Origin: Curvularia clavata
Lineage: Eukaryota
Assembly (NCBI GenBank): GCA_023920165.1
Contig: CP089276.1
Span: forward strand, 2,356,001-2,420,000
Reading direction: 5' to 3'
Length of the DNA stretch: 64,000 nucleotides
Within the stretch, counting starts at the first letter, position 1, and each line of letters opens with the position of its first letter. Under the pieces are notes generated by a model that was given only the letters and a program-made list of their open reading frames with translations, was not told where the DNA came from and made no database searches. Shown here piece by piece: positions 23,210-35,964 of this stretch. The position numbers and the translations under genes are program-made.

Positions 23210-25026
23210 TCAATACAATTTATTCGGCCGCCAGAACCTAGGCGTCACAACATCATTACCAGGCCTAGGGTCCTCGCTGACATTGTCCACTAGGAAGACG
23301 CTTCCAGCCATACCCGTTTCCTTGTCGTCTTCATGCTCATATAACATGGACGCCTCTGGCATGTTGTCCATGCCACCCGTGCCGTCCCACTCATCACCTT
23401 CATCATCGTACAATAACGCCCTGCCTTCATCCATGTAATCTTCCTCCAAAGCCCGTAGGTAGTCATCCAAGTCTCTCGTTTCGGGGACCTCCCATGTGGC
23501 GTGTTGATGTTGTTCCTGCCGCTCATAGATGCCAGGGCCAGCCAAAGTTGATTGTGCAGGATATTGGTAAGGCAGCTCTGCAAATCGTACCGTAGGAATC
23601 CGCTGTGTCGACGTATGTGAATTTGTTCGGTGCTGTCTTATTACCGACTGAGTCGGATATAAGGATCCCAGTCCGTTGATATCCTGCCTCCGTGACGGGG
23701 CTGCCAAGTGTCGATTGTGAATAGACTCCTCGCAGACCTGGAGAACCCTTCCGAAGTCTGAAGATGCCTCTACTTCTCTCACATAGTCTTCACGACTGTT
23801 ATATAATGAATGGCGCTGGCTGGTTGGATGTGCTTCCCTTTCGAGGCCTTGGGGCGTTCGAGATTCTGCCTTGATCGAGCAGTTCGCCGACAAACCCCGG
23901 TCTGAATTTACGCTCAGAATACGAGGCATAGTAGGTGGCATTGACGACGACGAGCAAGCTTTTTCAGTATGCTGGAGCCTTTCAGAACGATCCACGAGGT
24001 TCACTCGGCGCGGAGATGACGAGTATTGGGGGCAGGACTGCGACCTAGAGACTCGACTGTGTGATAGAGCCAGCGAGGGTACCTGGAAGCGTCCATTTGC
24101 GCTGTCTGTAGTTTTCTTAGCGACTGGAGGAAGTCCAGACGGCTTAGGGAGACCCTCGTCTCTGTCAATCTCGGGTTTGGTATGTCCATGGCGGTCTGAA
24201 TAATGCCGCTTATCCTCACCTATGCTGCTGTGGCGAGATTGTTTGTCTTCAGAGTCTTTTCTCAGTGGGTCGTGTCGCGAGGTGAAGAAAGATGAAATCT
24301 CTTCGTCCTTCGTGTGTGTGTGATCTTTCTCGCGCTTTTTCTTCGGTACTTCTGATTGGGGTGGAGGTGTGGATTCGTCGTGTTTTTGCAAAAACTTCAT
24401 CTCGGAAAAAACAAGATCAGGCACTGTCAGACTGTTAGCTCATTTCCTTGCGTTCTGTCAATTAGACTTGGACATCTGTCTTAGTTCGGAAAGACTTACA
24501 GCCACGTCCTCTGGCCGCAGTCGACGTCCGGCCTTTGTTGAACAATCCTAGCTTGGGAGGCCGCAACTGCAACTACCATCAGCACCACGCCATTCGTGTG
24601 TGGTTTTGGGCTGCTGTATGGATATCATACAGTAAGCCGATCTCCTGACACATTCTGAGCTTTGTAGCTTTGCACTAGCTGGCTAGGCCCTTGGCCCTTC
24701 TTCTGTCTAGACTTGTGTCGTGCCTTGCTAGAATTATTCTTTTGTCTTGAACCTTTAGGGCTGTTTGGATCATAGCGCTCGGGACGTGTCTTGCGCCTGG
24801 ACTTGCGAACATAGCGACTACTCGACGAAGAGTCACTTGGTGAAGCCACAGATATTTCTCCAGCATTTCGATTCTTCGCTTCTTGCTGAGCAGAAGATGC
24901 TTGCAGACAAAGGGGCTCGAGCAACGAACTGTCGGATTTGGGCTGTTTCCGTGAATGCTTGCGTCTGCAAGTGTCTTGGGGGACTTGAGACTGCTCTGTC
25001 TCGTCCAGCCACTTGAGGATATCCAT
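23210..25026 (-). CDS. Hypothetical, largely disordered Ser/Arg-rich protein, 3 exons
   Basis: The 133-aa and 404-aa ORFs are linked by a small exon with canonical splice sites, giving [19 protein letters not shown]...[14 protein letters not shown]; ends FWRPNKLY. Confidence 0.7.
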
Positions 25027-26866
25027 TCTGGACTAGTTGATGTACATGTCATGCTCCATAAGCTGCAATGGACGAGACAGGAGGGTGCAGTCCATGGTGC
25101 GGTTGTATTTGACAGTCGGTGTATGGCCTTTGTGAGGTGATCCAGTGTTGAGCTTGAAAGCGGGGACGATGAAGGGTTGCGTGCTTGATTTGGGACGTGC
25201 CTGCCGCGCGAGGAAGCATAGCGGCATGTGCACTGGGTTTGGAAATGGCAACTGGCTTTTTTCCACCAAGCAAACTGCCTTGATCCCAGTCATTGTCAAC
25301 CGACCACTCCCTCGCTAATCATCACTCCCTCTTGTCGACCTACACACAGAGCCGCTCTACGCCAGGCCTACGTGACAGGCATAGGATAATCACTTGAGAG
25401 AGCAACCGTTTTTCCAAAATTCCAGCGTAGAGCATGTCGAGTCAGATGCTACAACAAACGTCCACACTGCGTTTGCAACTGCAACAGCCGTATCCAGCAG
25501 AGCGTCCCAGCCGTGTCTCATTCGCAAACGGAACTGTTCCGGATGGAAAATTTTAGTAGCGCTCGTTCTATTTCGTAAGGCGTGCCCGTATACGGTGCAG
25601 GATACCCCAGGATCGAAGAGTCGACCATCCGAGCCATCGTTTTGGTTCGTCGGCATTTCTTGCTCGTCTGGTGCGTAGAGAAGGGCCAGAACTCAAGGTC
25701 AAGATGGCGCCACAAAGTCATAAATACGTCTACGTATGCTACACCGTACGGTATATACTCAGCAGCCGCGTGCCTGTCGACTAAGCGGCGCTTGTGTGAC
25801 CATAGCAAGCTGTTGAGGCGCACGAGCCGGCTTGGGTTGCAGAGGGCGTGGAGGCTTTAGGCCCGATCTCCACACCATCTGACCCAGTTGATAAGCTTCT
25901 TTGAACCACCACCCTCTGTCCAATGCCTGCCCGCCGTTGGCTTTTCACCTCGACAGCGCCAGTCCCCGCCGGTAGCCTCGTCCGTAGATCGCCCCCCGTG
26001 CTGAGCCCCCAACGCGTCGCCGGCGCAGGTATTTGCATGCACACACACACCTCATCTTAGACTGGCCCAATGGCGCCCACGCGCACATGCCGGCACTCTC
26101 GAGCCCACGCCAGACGAACCATGGCTCCAGGCACCTATCAGAAAAATAGTCGTCTCTGGCTCGTCCAGGGCCCTGCCCTCGGGCTTTGCTTAGGCTCGAG
26201 CTAGAGGCCGCCTGCATGTCCCCAGCATGAGCAGACAGACACGGGACACACTAACGCGAACCAAGCTGCCAGCCAGTATCTGTGCCAGAACCAGTATTTT
26301 TCTCCCGTCATTGTCAGCTGCATCCCTTCATAGGGAGAGCCACTCGTATGCGTCGCTGGCTGCAGGGCATTTCCCGGCTGCGAAACATACTGGCTAAACA
26401 CCCGTACAGTGCATACCACTGCTGCCCGTCCGTGCACCTACCTGTCGACTTGGATAGGTGTAGTTAGCGCTCTTTCACTTGGTGGAGGGGTACTCATATC
26501 ATTGCCTGCCCCGCCAGCCTAGACGCTGAGCCCATCTCTGCTCTTCGTCCTGTGCCATTGCCATTTTACCATCGCCCTGCAGTCGCCTTCTGCTTTTGAA
26601 TACGCTTCCATCCCCGACAGTCGCCTGCGCGATCCTCGTCTGACCATTTCGGTGCTATAATACTAAATGTTCGTCGTCACGTTGCTACACACTACCTGCA
26701 CAAAAAGCCGCCATGGATTCCTCGCCTTGCTCGGCCTTTTCCCTTTTGTCCCTCAAGTCCTGTCAACACATGTCCTAAGCTTTTCTGCGCCGCTCCTTCG
26801 TTTTGTTTTGTTTTGAGTTGCGAGAGCTAGTATTGAGACCATTCAGTGTTCGATATCACTTGCAAC

Positions 26867-27641
26867 ATGGCTAAGCTCTTCATTGGGTAAGTGCACAGTC
26901 CTTGCTTGTCCAGTAACTCATGTGGCTGATGCATCACAGAGGCCTTGCCTGGCATACCGACGATCAAACTTTGCGTCAAAAGTTTGAAGAGTTTGGTCCA
27001 GTCGAAGAGGCTGTAAGTGACCAGTAGTGACCACTACACTCACCATGCTCATGCTCACATCATCTTCACAGGTTGTCGTCAAGGACCGCGACACTGGTCG
27101 CAGTCGAGGCTTTGGCTTTGTTCGCTACGCACAGGAAACTGAGGCTGATGCTGCTATGGCAGCCATGAACAACGAGGAGTACGCAGCCCTTGCTCCTCAT
27201 GTTCCCACATGAGAGACTTCGGTTACGTTTCCTAGCCAGTACAGGAAATGTGCTGACCTTTTCTAGGTTTGACGGGCGTAGAATCCGTGTCGACAAGGCT
27301 TCTGACCGTCCTAGTGGTGGCGCTCCCCGAGGCGGCGGCGGCGGCGGCGGTTATGGAGGTGGTGGCGGATACCGTGGAGGATATAGTAGTAAGCTTCTCA
27401 CAATTTCCTCATTTGTTACTTTGACTGACCACCTTGTTAGACTATGGTGGTGGCGGCCGTGGTAAGTATGCAATATCTTTTTACACAACACAAAAACCTG
27501 ACCATGTAAGAAGGTTACGGTGGCGGCAACTGGGGCCCTTCGCAAGGCGGAGGAGGCTATGCACCTCGTGGCGGTTACGGCGGCGGCAGCCAGGGAGGCT
27601 ACAGCGGACAAGAAAGTGGTCAAGGCCAACAGCAATGGTAG
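26867..27641 (+). CDS. Glycine-rich RNA-binding protein (single RRM plus RGG/YGG tail), 6 exons
   Basis: RNP2 KLFIGGL, RNP1 [19 protein letters not shown] and a Gly/Tyr-rich tail; five short introns. Confidence 0.92.
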
Positions 27642-28586
27642 AGCGCCTGACGATGCTCAGCTCCACGGTTTTGTGCTTTAGATATGACAGATGGTCTTAC
27701 TTGGTCGCTTAGGGCAACACTGCCCCAGGATTGGACCCGTGTCTACACGGATAGGGTCCATGTGCGCGTTACCGTTCCTATGAGTGTGATATGCTATGCT
27801 TGTTGGTAGCCACAAGGGTGGTTGGTACTGAGAGATGAGATACCCATTGAGTCAGGAGGTGCTACTGCTCTGTCTTTGTCATACGCTATGGCTTTGGCCT
27901 ACTTACAAACATTTTTTCTGTTTCTTCATAGTCTCAGTAGCTCTCCATGCATCCCAAGTTGTGTTATCCAAGAGAGATTTGAAAAGGGTATGAGATCAGC
28001 GTTGGCCAATGCTACGCTTGAACCCAAGCACATGGCCGACATCACGTCGTTTTTTGTAGTGAGGCTCTGCAATCCCCTACGTGGACATAGAGCGCACCCA
28101 AACTCTGCAACATGGCTATATTGGATTTCCCACACACTCTCGTATGCATTTTGCACGAATCTGATGCACAATCCAGTCTTGTGCACAATAGTATAATGTC
28201 GAGAGAGTGCAGCCTCGAGTCCGGCTAAAACCGCGCATTGTGACAGTGGTTGCATATTGCATACCTAGTCTCTGCTCAAGCTGCAGCAACAGCGCATACC
28301 ATGAATGCAGGCTTCTGCAAGTGATGGAGAGAGCTGCGGGATGCCATGCGCTCTCAAGCACATGGACGGGTGTGTCTGCTTTTGTTAAGCTGTTGCCTGG
28401 CAGGCTCACCCAGCACATGTATGTGAGATCCGACGAAGCGGCGAGCAACGCCTAACACAACCCCCGCCTCACTACTGTACATACCTCCTTCTCCACATAC
28501 CTGCCCATCCCTACATTCAATTCAATTACGTTTTTGTCAACTTGCTTTTGTGAAAGCCTCCTACTACGACCGCACCCACAAACACG

Positions 28587-30989
28587 ATGAAGACGTGGAA
28601 CGGGTCGGACGATGCCGCCGCGCCTATCAAGCCCCGACGGTCTCGGACTTGCCGCACTACCTTGTCTGCGACCTTTGTCACACTCGTGTGCCTCGCAGCC
28701 GTCGACACTATATCTCCTGCATTCAAGAAGTGGCCTCTATCCTTGTTTGCGGGGGACAGGGCTGTTTCACATGCCCCTGCCTTTGATTGGGATGAGGTGT
28801 GTAGAGCGACCTTTCTTGACAATTACACCCCATACACATGCACTTCCCAGGCCGAATACCATCAAACTGCCGAGTCGCACAACAGACGGCTGTGCTAATC
28901 CGGGAAAGCTTCGGCTTGAAGAGGGTTACATGGTGCAGAATTGTGCATGCTATTGCCCCATTGACTGTTTCTTTTTACCGCATTGAGTGGCATACTTTTT
29001 ATTCACGCCACTTCAACCAACATCGATCTCTCACCATAGTACACACATCTGTACGATTGAGCGACTGGCTGAGCCGACCGATCGTAAGTATATGACCTAG
29101 AACTGATCAACCACCAGATCTCAGCGAGTGAGCATCTCCAATTCCACAAATGCTTCAACGACTTTGAATGCGCAAAACTCAAATTGCCATTGGACTACTT
29201 CAATGGCACATACCCCGATCATACTGTCAGCATTGCCATCACAAAGGTGCCTGCTGTAGTGCCAGTAAGCGATCCGCGTTATGGAGGACCTATCCTACTC
29301 AACCCTGGCGGTCCCGGGGGTGCAGGCGCAGGGTTCGCGCTCGTTGCAGGAAAAGCAATGCAACAGATTGTTGACTCTGATGATCCCCCGAGCATTGCTT
29401 CTCCTAACGCAAAGTACTTCGATATCATTGGATTTGACCCCCGCGGAATTGGTTGGACGGAGCCAGTCGCCCAGTGCATGCCAGACCAGCCTTCTGTGTG
29501 GTCTTGGGATCTAAGAGAGAGCAACGAAGGCCTTCCCGGGAGCTCAGATGCATCAATTGGGAGGCTCTGGTCGATGATGCATGCCTTTGGAGCATCTTGC
29601 AAACTTGCAGAGCAAGAGCAGGATGGCCCTGATATAAAGCAGTACATGTCAACAGCGTCCGTTGCTCGGGACATGCTGGAGATTGCTGAGAGGCATACCG
29701 AGTATGTGGCAAAGGAAGCAGGCCAAATCGCTGCTAAGAAGGCTGGCAAGCGACTTGCATCTCACCACGCTGCCTATGTCCCAGGAGAAAGCAAGCTGCA
29801 ATACTGGGGTTTCTCATATGGAACCTATCTTGGATCGACGTTTGCATCCATGTTTCCCGACCGCGTTGGACGTCTCATCCTTGATGGAGTCGTCAGCGAA
29901 CACGACTACAACCACTCCCTGGGAAACGGGAGTCTTGTAGACGCCGAAAAGGTCCTATCGTCGTTTTACACGTTCTGCTTTAATGCTGGTCCCACGCAAT
30001 GTCCATTAGCAACTGCGAACTCGAGTGTTACTGATATCGAAGAGCGTGTCCAGAAAATTGTAAAATCACTATACCACGACCCGCTTCCCATAATTTCGAA
30101 CAGCGGACCCGACTTTCTCACGTGGTCCGACGTGAAAATGCTGGTCATTAGCTCACTCTACTTGCCTCGCTCGCTGTTTCCATTCATTGCAGGAATTCTT
30201 GCAGACATCGAAGCAGGAGGTGGCAGTCAACTCGATGCACTTGCTCAAGCCTATCGCTCCACCCACGTATACTCTTGCCCTGTTGATGGAGCCCCTGAAC
30301 CTAATCTCCTGGCATCTCACATCGTCACTACCATCTCTGTCCTGTGCGGCGAGGGTGACGACCAGAGCAGCCTCACCAAAGATGAATTCAATAAGTACTG
30401 GGAAATGCTAGAATCTGTGTCCCCTACAGTCGGAGCATACTGGTCCACGATACGAATGCGCTGTGCAGGGTGGAATATACGTGCAAAGCATAGGTTTAAT
30501 GGGTCGTTTGGTGCAAACACTTCGAATCCCATATTATTCATCTCCAACACCGCTGACCCTGTCACCCCGCTTCGCAGCGGCCGGTATATGAGCAGCCTCT
30601 TTCCCGGAAGTGGCCTCCTGATAAGCGACCATGCGGGGCATTGCACTCTGTCCACGACTGACGTTTGTGTTTGGCAGCACATAAAGACATACTTTCAATC
30701 GGGAAAGTTACCGGCACCAGGTGCTTTATGCGTTCCGCCGTCTGACCCGTTCTCACTCAACTCGACGAACCCTGATTCGCCTTTCTATGATCCTTCGCTA
30801 GATGATGCGAGATCTGTACAAGTGCGGGATAGTGACATGGACGCTAAGCAACGCCATCTTCATGACGCGGGCGTCAGACTGCAGAAGGATATCGCTGATA
30901 GTGGTGTACTTGAAATGAACATGCATGGTGGGGAGAGGATGAAGCGTATGGTGCGGTTTGCTATGAAGAGTCGAGATGAAAGAGTCTAA
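28587..30989 (+). CDS. TAP-like alpha/beta-hydrolase (tripeptidyl-aminopeptidase-like), 2 exons
   Basis: NPGGPGG, IGFDPRGIG, nucleophile motif GFSYG, ILDGV, DPVTP, GHC; intron 28797-29117 joins FDWDE to ISASEHLQFHKC in frame. Confidence 0.87.
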
Positions 30990-31344
30990 GCCAGAGACGC
31001 TATTATTAGTATAGTCCGTGTTCTGCCTCTATTATCCTATTAACCTAACACCTATAGACGATTTCTTAGTGGCCTCACCACTTCCCTGTGTTGTATCTGT
31101 CTCATTCCAATCATCCACTTCAAAACAGCACATGAAAGTAAGAAATCGCCGAAGAGAAAGAGTTCAAAAATAAAAGATCAGAATCTCGGAAGATCCAGCT
31201 TTGCGATAAACGTCTATAACCATGCCACATGAAAACTCGCTATGCCATATATCCGCTCCAACGCAGTTTAGAAAAAAAATCACACAAGCAATCTTCCCTT
31301 TCCATACACACGGAAAAACCCTGCCCTATCTTACCCTCTCCTTC

Positions 31345-31908
31345 TCAAGTCCACCCCGCCGCCCTCCCCAAAGCCTTCCTCCTCTGTTCTTCCCCTTCCT
31401 CCATCCTAACTCTCCACTTTGCCTTCTCCCCCAAAATCTCCACCTGTCTCTCATACTCCCACATCGGTGTCTCCGCCTGCCTCAACCCAATGAACCTCGC
31501 AAACATCCTCATTTTGATTTTCAACCTCTCTAGATCATCCAGTCGACACTCTGCAGGCAGCGTCTTGTCTGTATCGAGAAAAGGATGCGTCCAGTTCATT
31601 GTGACTGGGTACGCGTGAGTGAGGTGGGAAGGTGAAGATTGCGAGTAGTAGGAGGCGAGGCGGTCGAGTTGGGGCTCGGTGAGGAGGAAGAGAGAGAGCA
31701 TGGTGGATGGGTAGTCTGGGGCGGGCAAGCCGGTTTCGGCGTGCACGATAGGGGCCAGTTCGAGGCGCATTTGGCAGAGTTTGGCGGCGAAGGCCGGATT
31801 GCGAGAGGCAGCTGGGCGCTTTTTTAGGCGCCGCTCAAAGAGATTGGATGTTGGCTTCGTACTTTTGGATATGCCGTTGGGGCTTGGGGTTTTGCTCGGA
31901 CGAGGCAT
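31345..31908 (-). CDS. Hypothetical protein (187 aa)
   Basis: Uninterrupted ORF with good ATG context (aaccATG) and protein-like composition (LAPIVHAETGLPAPDYPSTMLSLFLLTEPQLDRLASYY...RMFARFIGL). Confidence 0.7.
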   Translation of the reverse strand: MPRPSKTPSPNGISKSTKPTSNLFERRLKKRPAASRNPAFAAKLCQMRLELAPIVHAETGLPAPDYPSTMLSLFLLTEPQLDRLASYYSQSSPSHLTHAYPVTMNWTHPFLDTDKTLPAECRLDDLERLKIKMRMFARFIGLRQAETPMWEYERQVEILGEKAKWRVRMEEGEEQRRKALGRAAGWT

Positions 31909-32571
31909 GGTTGTAGTTCTAGTTGTGAGGTGTGAAATGAGATGTGTATGCTGTTTTCGCTGTCTTTTGTTTTGTTTTGTTTTGACCTAAATTTGCAGAT
32001 ATTTATGAATAAGATGACGTTTTCCAGGGTCAGTGGACTTGCTTTGCGTGCAAAGCGCGTATCTTAGTTTAGTAGTAGCAGAAATTGTGTGCGTAGGATT
32101 GGAAGGACATTGTAGTATATAAAGCATAATACAAACGGAACAAAGCATAGGCCAGGATGAAAGTGACTGTTGATGAATACTGTTCTTTGTTATTGTACAA
32201 CGACCTAAGACATTCCTTGATTGGGAAAGTTATCTGGTGCAAGGTGGATCTTTGTCTTTCACTGCGTTACGTGTGCATTGTGTAAAAAGGTTAAGCGAAA
32301 ATGGGTTTTACACAATGTTAGATGTTTCCATAGGAAATCTAATGACTGGGGTTTTCGTAAGGTGCTCGTCACTACTACATGTGTCGCCATGTGCTGCTTA
32401 ATGACGTGCTCTATTGATATTTAGCTCCCGCTCTGTGCGCCAGAAAGAAGAGCCTATTTCTAATAGCCTTTAGTATACTCTATGGGTGAGTCTCGAGTCT
32501 CGGAGATGTTATTGTTTTATTCAGTCGAAGGCCTTCCAGGCCTCTAATTAAATCAACGACAAGACAGTGTC

Positions 32572-34115
32572 TCAAGCATCGATGATGCTTTGTAGCGAGA
32601 CGTCGTTCTCTGCGCCGCCGATGGGTTCTGTGCTCTTCCAAAATTTGCTCAAATGCCTTGCGCCACTGAATGTTGTCAGTAACATGAATTCTTTATGAGA
32701 AATAGCCTTACCTGTCACAGAGGATCGTAACGATCCGATGACCTGGTCCAAGAGTCTTTGCAAGCTTCGTTGCGGCGACGCCTACATGCATCAGCACAGT
32801 CTACGTTTGAATGCTTCGCGACTTACAATTCACAGCACTAGAGCTTCCAACAAAGATTCCATCGTGTTCAACCAGCCACCGCGCCATGGAGACGGCTTGA
32901 TCGTCCGTGACCCTGATGGCATCGTCAATCAGTTCCCGGCCAATGTCGAAATTCTGTGTCACTCTGTTGATTCCAATGCCTTCAACAATGGTATCTACTT
33001 GGTGTCTTCGTCGTGTTCCTTCTCTTTCCTTGGTGTCAAACATAACACCATACTTGACGCGGTTGAACAAACCGCTACCTGGCGGATCAGCGAGGACGAC
33101 CTTGATGTTAGGCAGTTTGGACTTCAGGAACATGGCCACGCCAGAGATTGTCCCGCCCGTGCCAGCACCACTAACAAAAGCATCTAGATGATGGCCGGTT
33201 TGGTCGTAGATCTCAGGACCAGTGCCGGTAAAGTGTGTGCGCCAGTTGGCCTCTGTTTCGAACTGGTCAGCGAAAAGACCCCGACCTGGCTTCTCAGCGC
33301 TCGCAGTGTGCTCCTCAGCTCGTGCTCTTGCGAGATTGACAAACTGCTTCTGGTCCACGATCGGTGCTGGCCGTACTCGCTCTACCTCAGCACCAAGCTT
33401 GAGGAGAAGATCGGATTTTTCAATTGCCATGTCATTTGGCATGCAGCTCCTAGTTGTCAGCCAGCGTCTTGTGTGCCAACCGACGAACTGACATGTGTGC
33501 TTTGTAGCCCCGTGCTCTGCAGATTGCTGCTAACGAGATCCCTGTGCTACCCACTGTGCCTTCATAGATGGTATCACCCGAGTGTGGAACAAGAAGTCCC
33601 TTGCTCTCAGCCTTTGCAGTCATGAGTCCTACCATGCCACAGTGTCTACTGAAGAGATTCTGGATCTTACCATTTCAATGATGCTAAGAGCCACCCGATC
33701 TTTCGGACTATTGCCCGCTCCATTTAAAAACTGGACACCACGCATCAGCGAGACAGTCTATGAAAAGCGCAGATTTCCATACCTCTGCTTTTGCTAGTAT
33801 CTCACAGCCCGTGAATTCAGACAATGACTTGATCTTGATGAGAGGGGTATTGCCAATGCACCCCTCGATACCCTCTCTGATGGCCCCTGTGCCTTGAGCT
33901 AGCGAACGTTCCACCTCCAAAAGGCCTTTTCTTAGCGCATCCAGATCATTTACTTTTGCCAGTTGTAAGAGCAAACTCTGCTGCTGCGCAAGAAGCGATT
34001 GGTCGTCGCCATTATCATTATTGTTTTCTGCAGACAGCCTTTTGCTGTATGCAATTGCCGCAGCCGCACCTAGCAGGAAGGCTCCTAATATATAATATTT
34101 TGAGCGATCCGACAT
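32572..34115 (-). CDS. Cysteine synthase 2 (O-acetylserine sulfhydrylase-like, Mcy1/Cys12 type) with N-terminal membrane anchor, multi-exon
   Basis: IGNTPLIKI, PLP-lysine GNSPKDRVA, EGTVGSTGISLA, GAGTGGTISG, EGIGINR, GSSSAVN, RHLSKFW. Confidence 0.9.
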
Positions 34116-34288
34116 AGTTGCACTGAAGATCGTTAGTCGTGGGAGAGATAGTCGGAGGCGGAGTTTTGGCGATTGCTGCGTCCGTCTTGGCATGACCGCC
34201 CGCAAAGCTCCCTCACGTGTGCCCGCGCGAACATTACCAGTGCCTCCGACGCCGTCGCGGATCGCCTGTGACGATTGTTTCGGCGCCA

Positions 34289-35883
34289 ATGGACTCGCCC
34301 CTTGTCACTCAACTGTTTCGCCAGTTGTTCTCGCACCGGGCATCACAATGCCTTGCCCGCGGCCATCGGCCGGCTCTCGCAGCTGCCTGCATCCCGCACC
34401 ACCAAAGACGAGGGAAAGCCACACGGTTGGGTGAGGGCGAGACGACACGGGAAAGCAGGTGGACTCCGAGGAAAAATGCGTTCCCTCACGAGAGGACAGA
34501 AGAGTTTGAGAGATACCCAATGGTTACGTCAGATATGCTGCGAAGTAGGAGGGAAAGACCGCGGAGAGTCAAGATGCTGTTACGGGACTTCATAGAGGGT
34601 ACGGAGTCTCTTCGTTGAACTAGTAAACATGCTGACCAGTCTCTAAGACAGCCTGTATAATCCCAACTATGGCTACTTTTCGAAACAAGTCGTCATCTTC
34701 TCTCCAGGCGATCCATTCGATTTCAATGCCATGAGCTCCGAACACGAATTCTTTCAGCAACTGAGGCATCGCTACACCGCTTTCGAAGATGAGCTTGACT
34801 ACCGAGAGCCAAATGATCTGCGACAACTGTGGCATACTCCGACCGAGCTCTTCTCTCCCTACTATGGCGAAGCGATTGCGCGGTACCTTGTCGAGGATTA
34901 CAAGTACAACTTTTATCCGTATCACGACCTCAACATATACGAGATGGGAGCAGGAAATGGAACTATGATGCTGAATATACTCGACTTTATCAGGGACGTA
35001 CACCCTGAAGTGTACGAACGGACGAAGTACAAGATTATCGAAATTTCCAGTCAGCTTGCCGACCTGCAACAGAAGGGCCTGGGTCACTCTGCATATGCAA
35101 GAGGCCATGCCGACAGAGTGGAGATTGTCAACCGCAGCATCTTTGACTGGAACACCTATGTCTCCTCACCCTGCTACTTCCTCGCACTCGAGGTTTTTGA
35201 CAACTTCGCTCACGATGCGCTGAAGTACGACCTGGAGACAGGCCTGCCCTACCAATCGCACGTCGTCATAGATCCCCGAGGCGAGCTTTTTGAGTACTAC
35301 TCCCGCACCATCGATCCCCTCGTAAGCCAGTTCCTAGAGCGCAGGCATGCTGCATGCGCGTCGTACCGACACCCACTTCAAGGCTCGCGGCTCATGCACA
35401 ATCTGAGGAGCTTAATACCATTTCGCTCCAACATGAGCATGCCAGAGTACATTCCCACAAGACTCATGCAGTTCTTCTACACGTTGTACGAGAAATTTCC
35501 AAATCACAAGCTGGTCAGCAGTGATTTCCACAAGCTCGGTGACACAGTCGAAGGCATCAACGCTCCAGTTGTGCAGACTAGGTATAAGAGACAGATGATT
35601 CCAGTCTCTACGCCTCTTGTAAGTGATTGCAATCTCCGGGCTTGTCTTGAGCATTTGTGCTGACAGCATTTAGGTTCACCAAGGCTACTTTGACATTCTC
35701 TTTCCTACAGATTTCGAAGTTATGGAACCAATGTACACAGCCATCACGGGGCGCTTTGCACGCACCTATCTTCATGAGGACTTCATGGCTGGCAGAGCAG
35801 ATATTGCAGAGACGACTACAAAGAATGGGGACAACCCGTTGTTGAGCTGGTACAAGAACGCAAGTGTCATGATCACGGTGTAA
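34289..35883 (+). CDS. MidA/NDUFAF7-family SAM-dependent methyltransferase (mitochondrial), 3 exons
   Basis: RDFIEDSLYNPNYGYF (spliced), WHTPTELF, YEMGAGNGT, ALEVFDNF, GYFDILFPTDF. Confidence 0.85.
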
Positions 35884-35964
35884 ACATCAGAACTGAGTAT
35901 CGGTTTGGCCAGCATAAGTATGTAGGATTACGAAATCGAAGACACTAGTATTCACTGGCAGTTG

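Noticed and set aside
29060..29135. Possible TPP riboswitch (gctgag...gaactgatc...agcga) in the TAP hydrolase intron
   Set aside because: It lacks the P5 GGNTAATNCC stem-loop and the ATAC junction, ctgat doubles as the branch point, and the gene is unrelated to thiamine.
11788..34115. A sulfur/redox gene cluster (TRR1, cystathionine gamma-lyase, cysteine synthase 2)
   Set aside because: The genes are spread over 22 kb among unrelated housekeeping genes, and only the gamma-lyase has clear paired MetR boxes.
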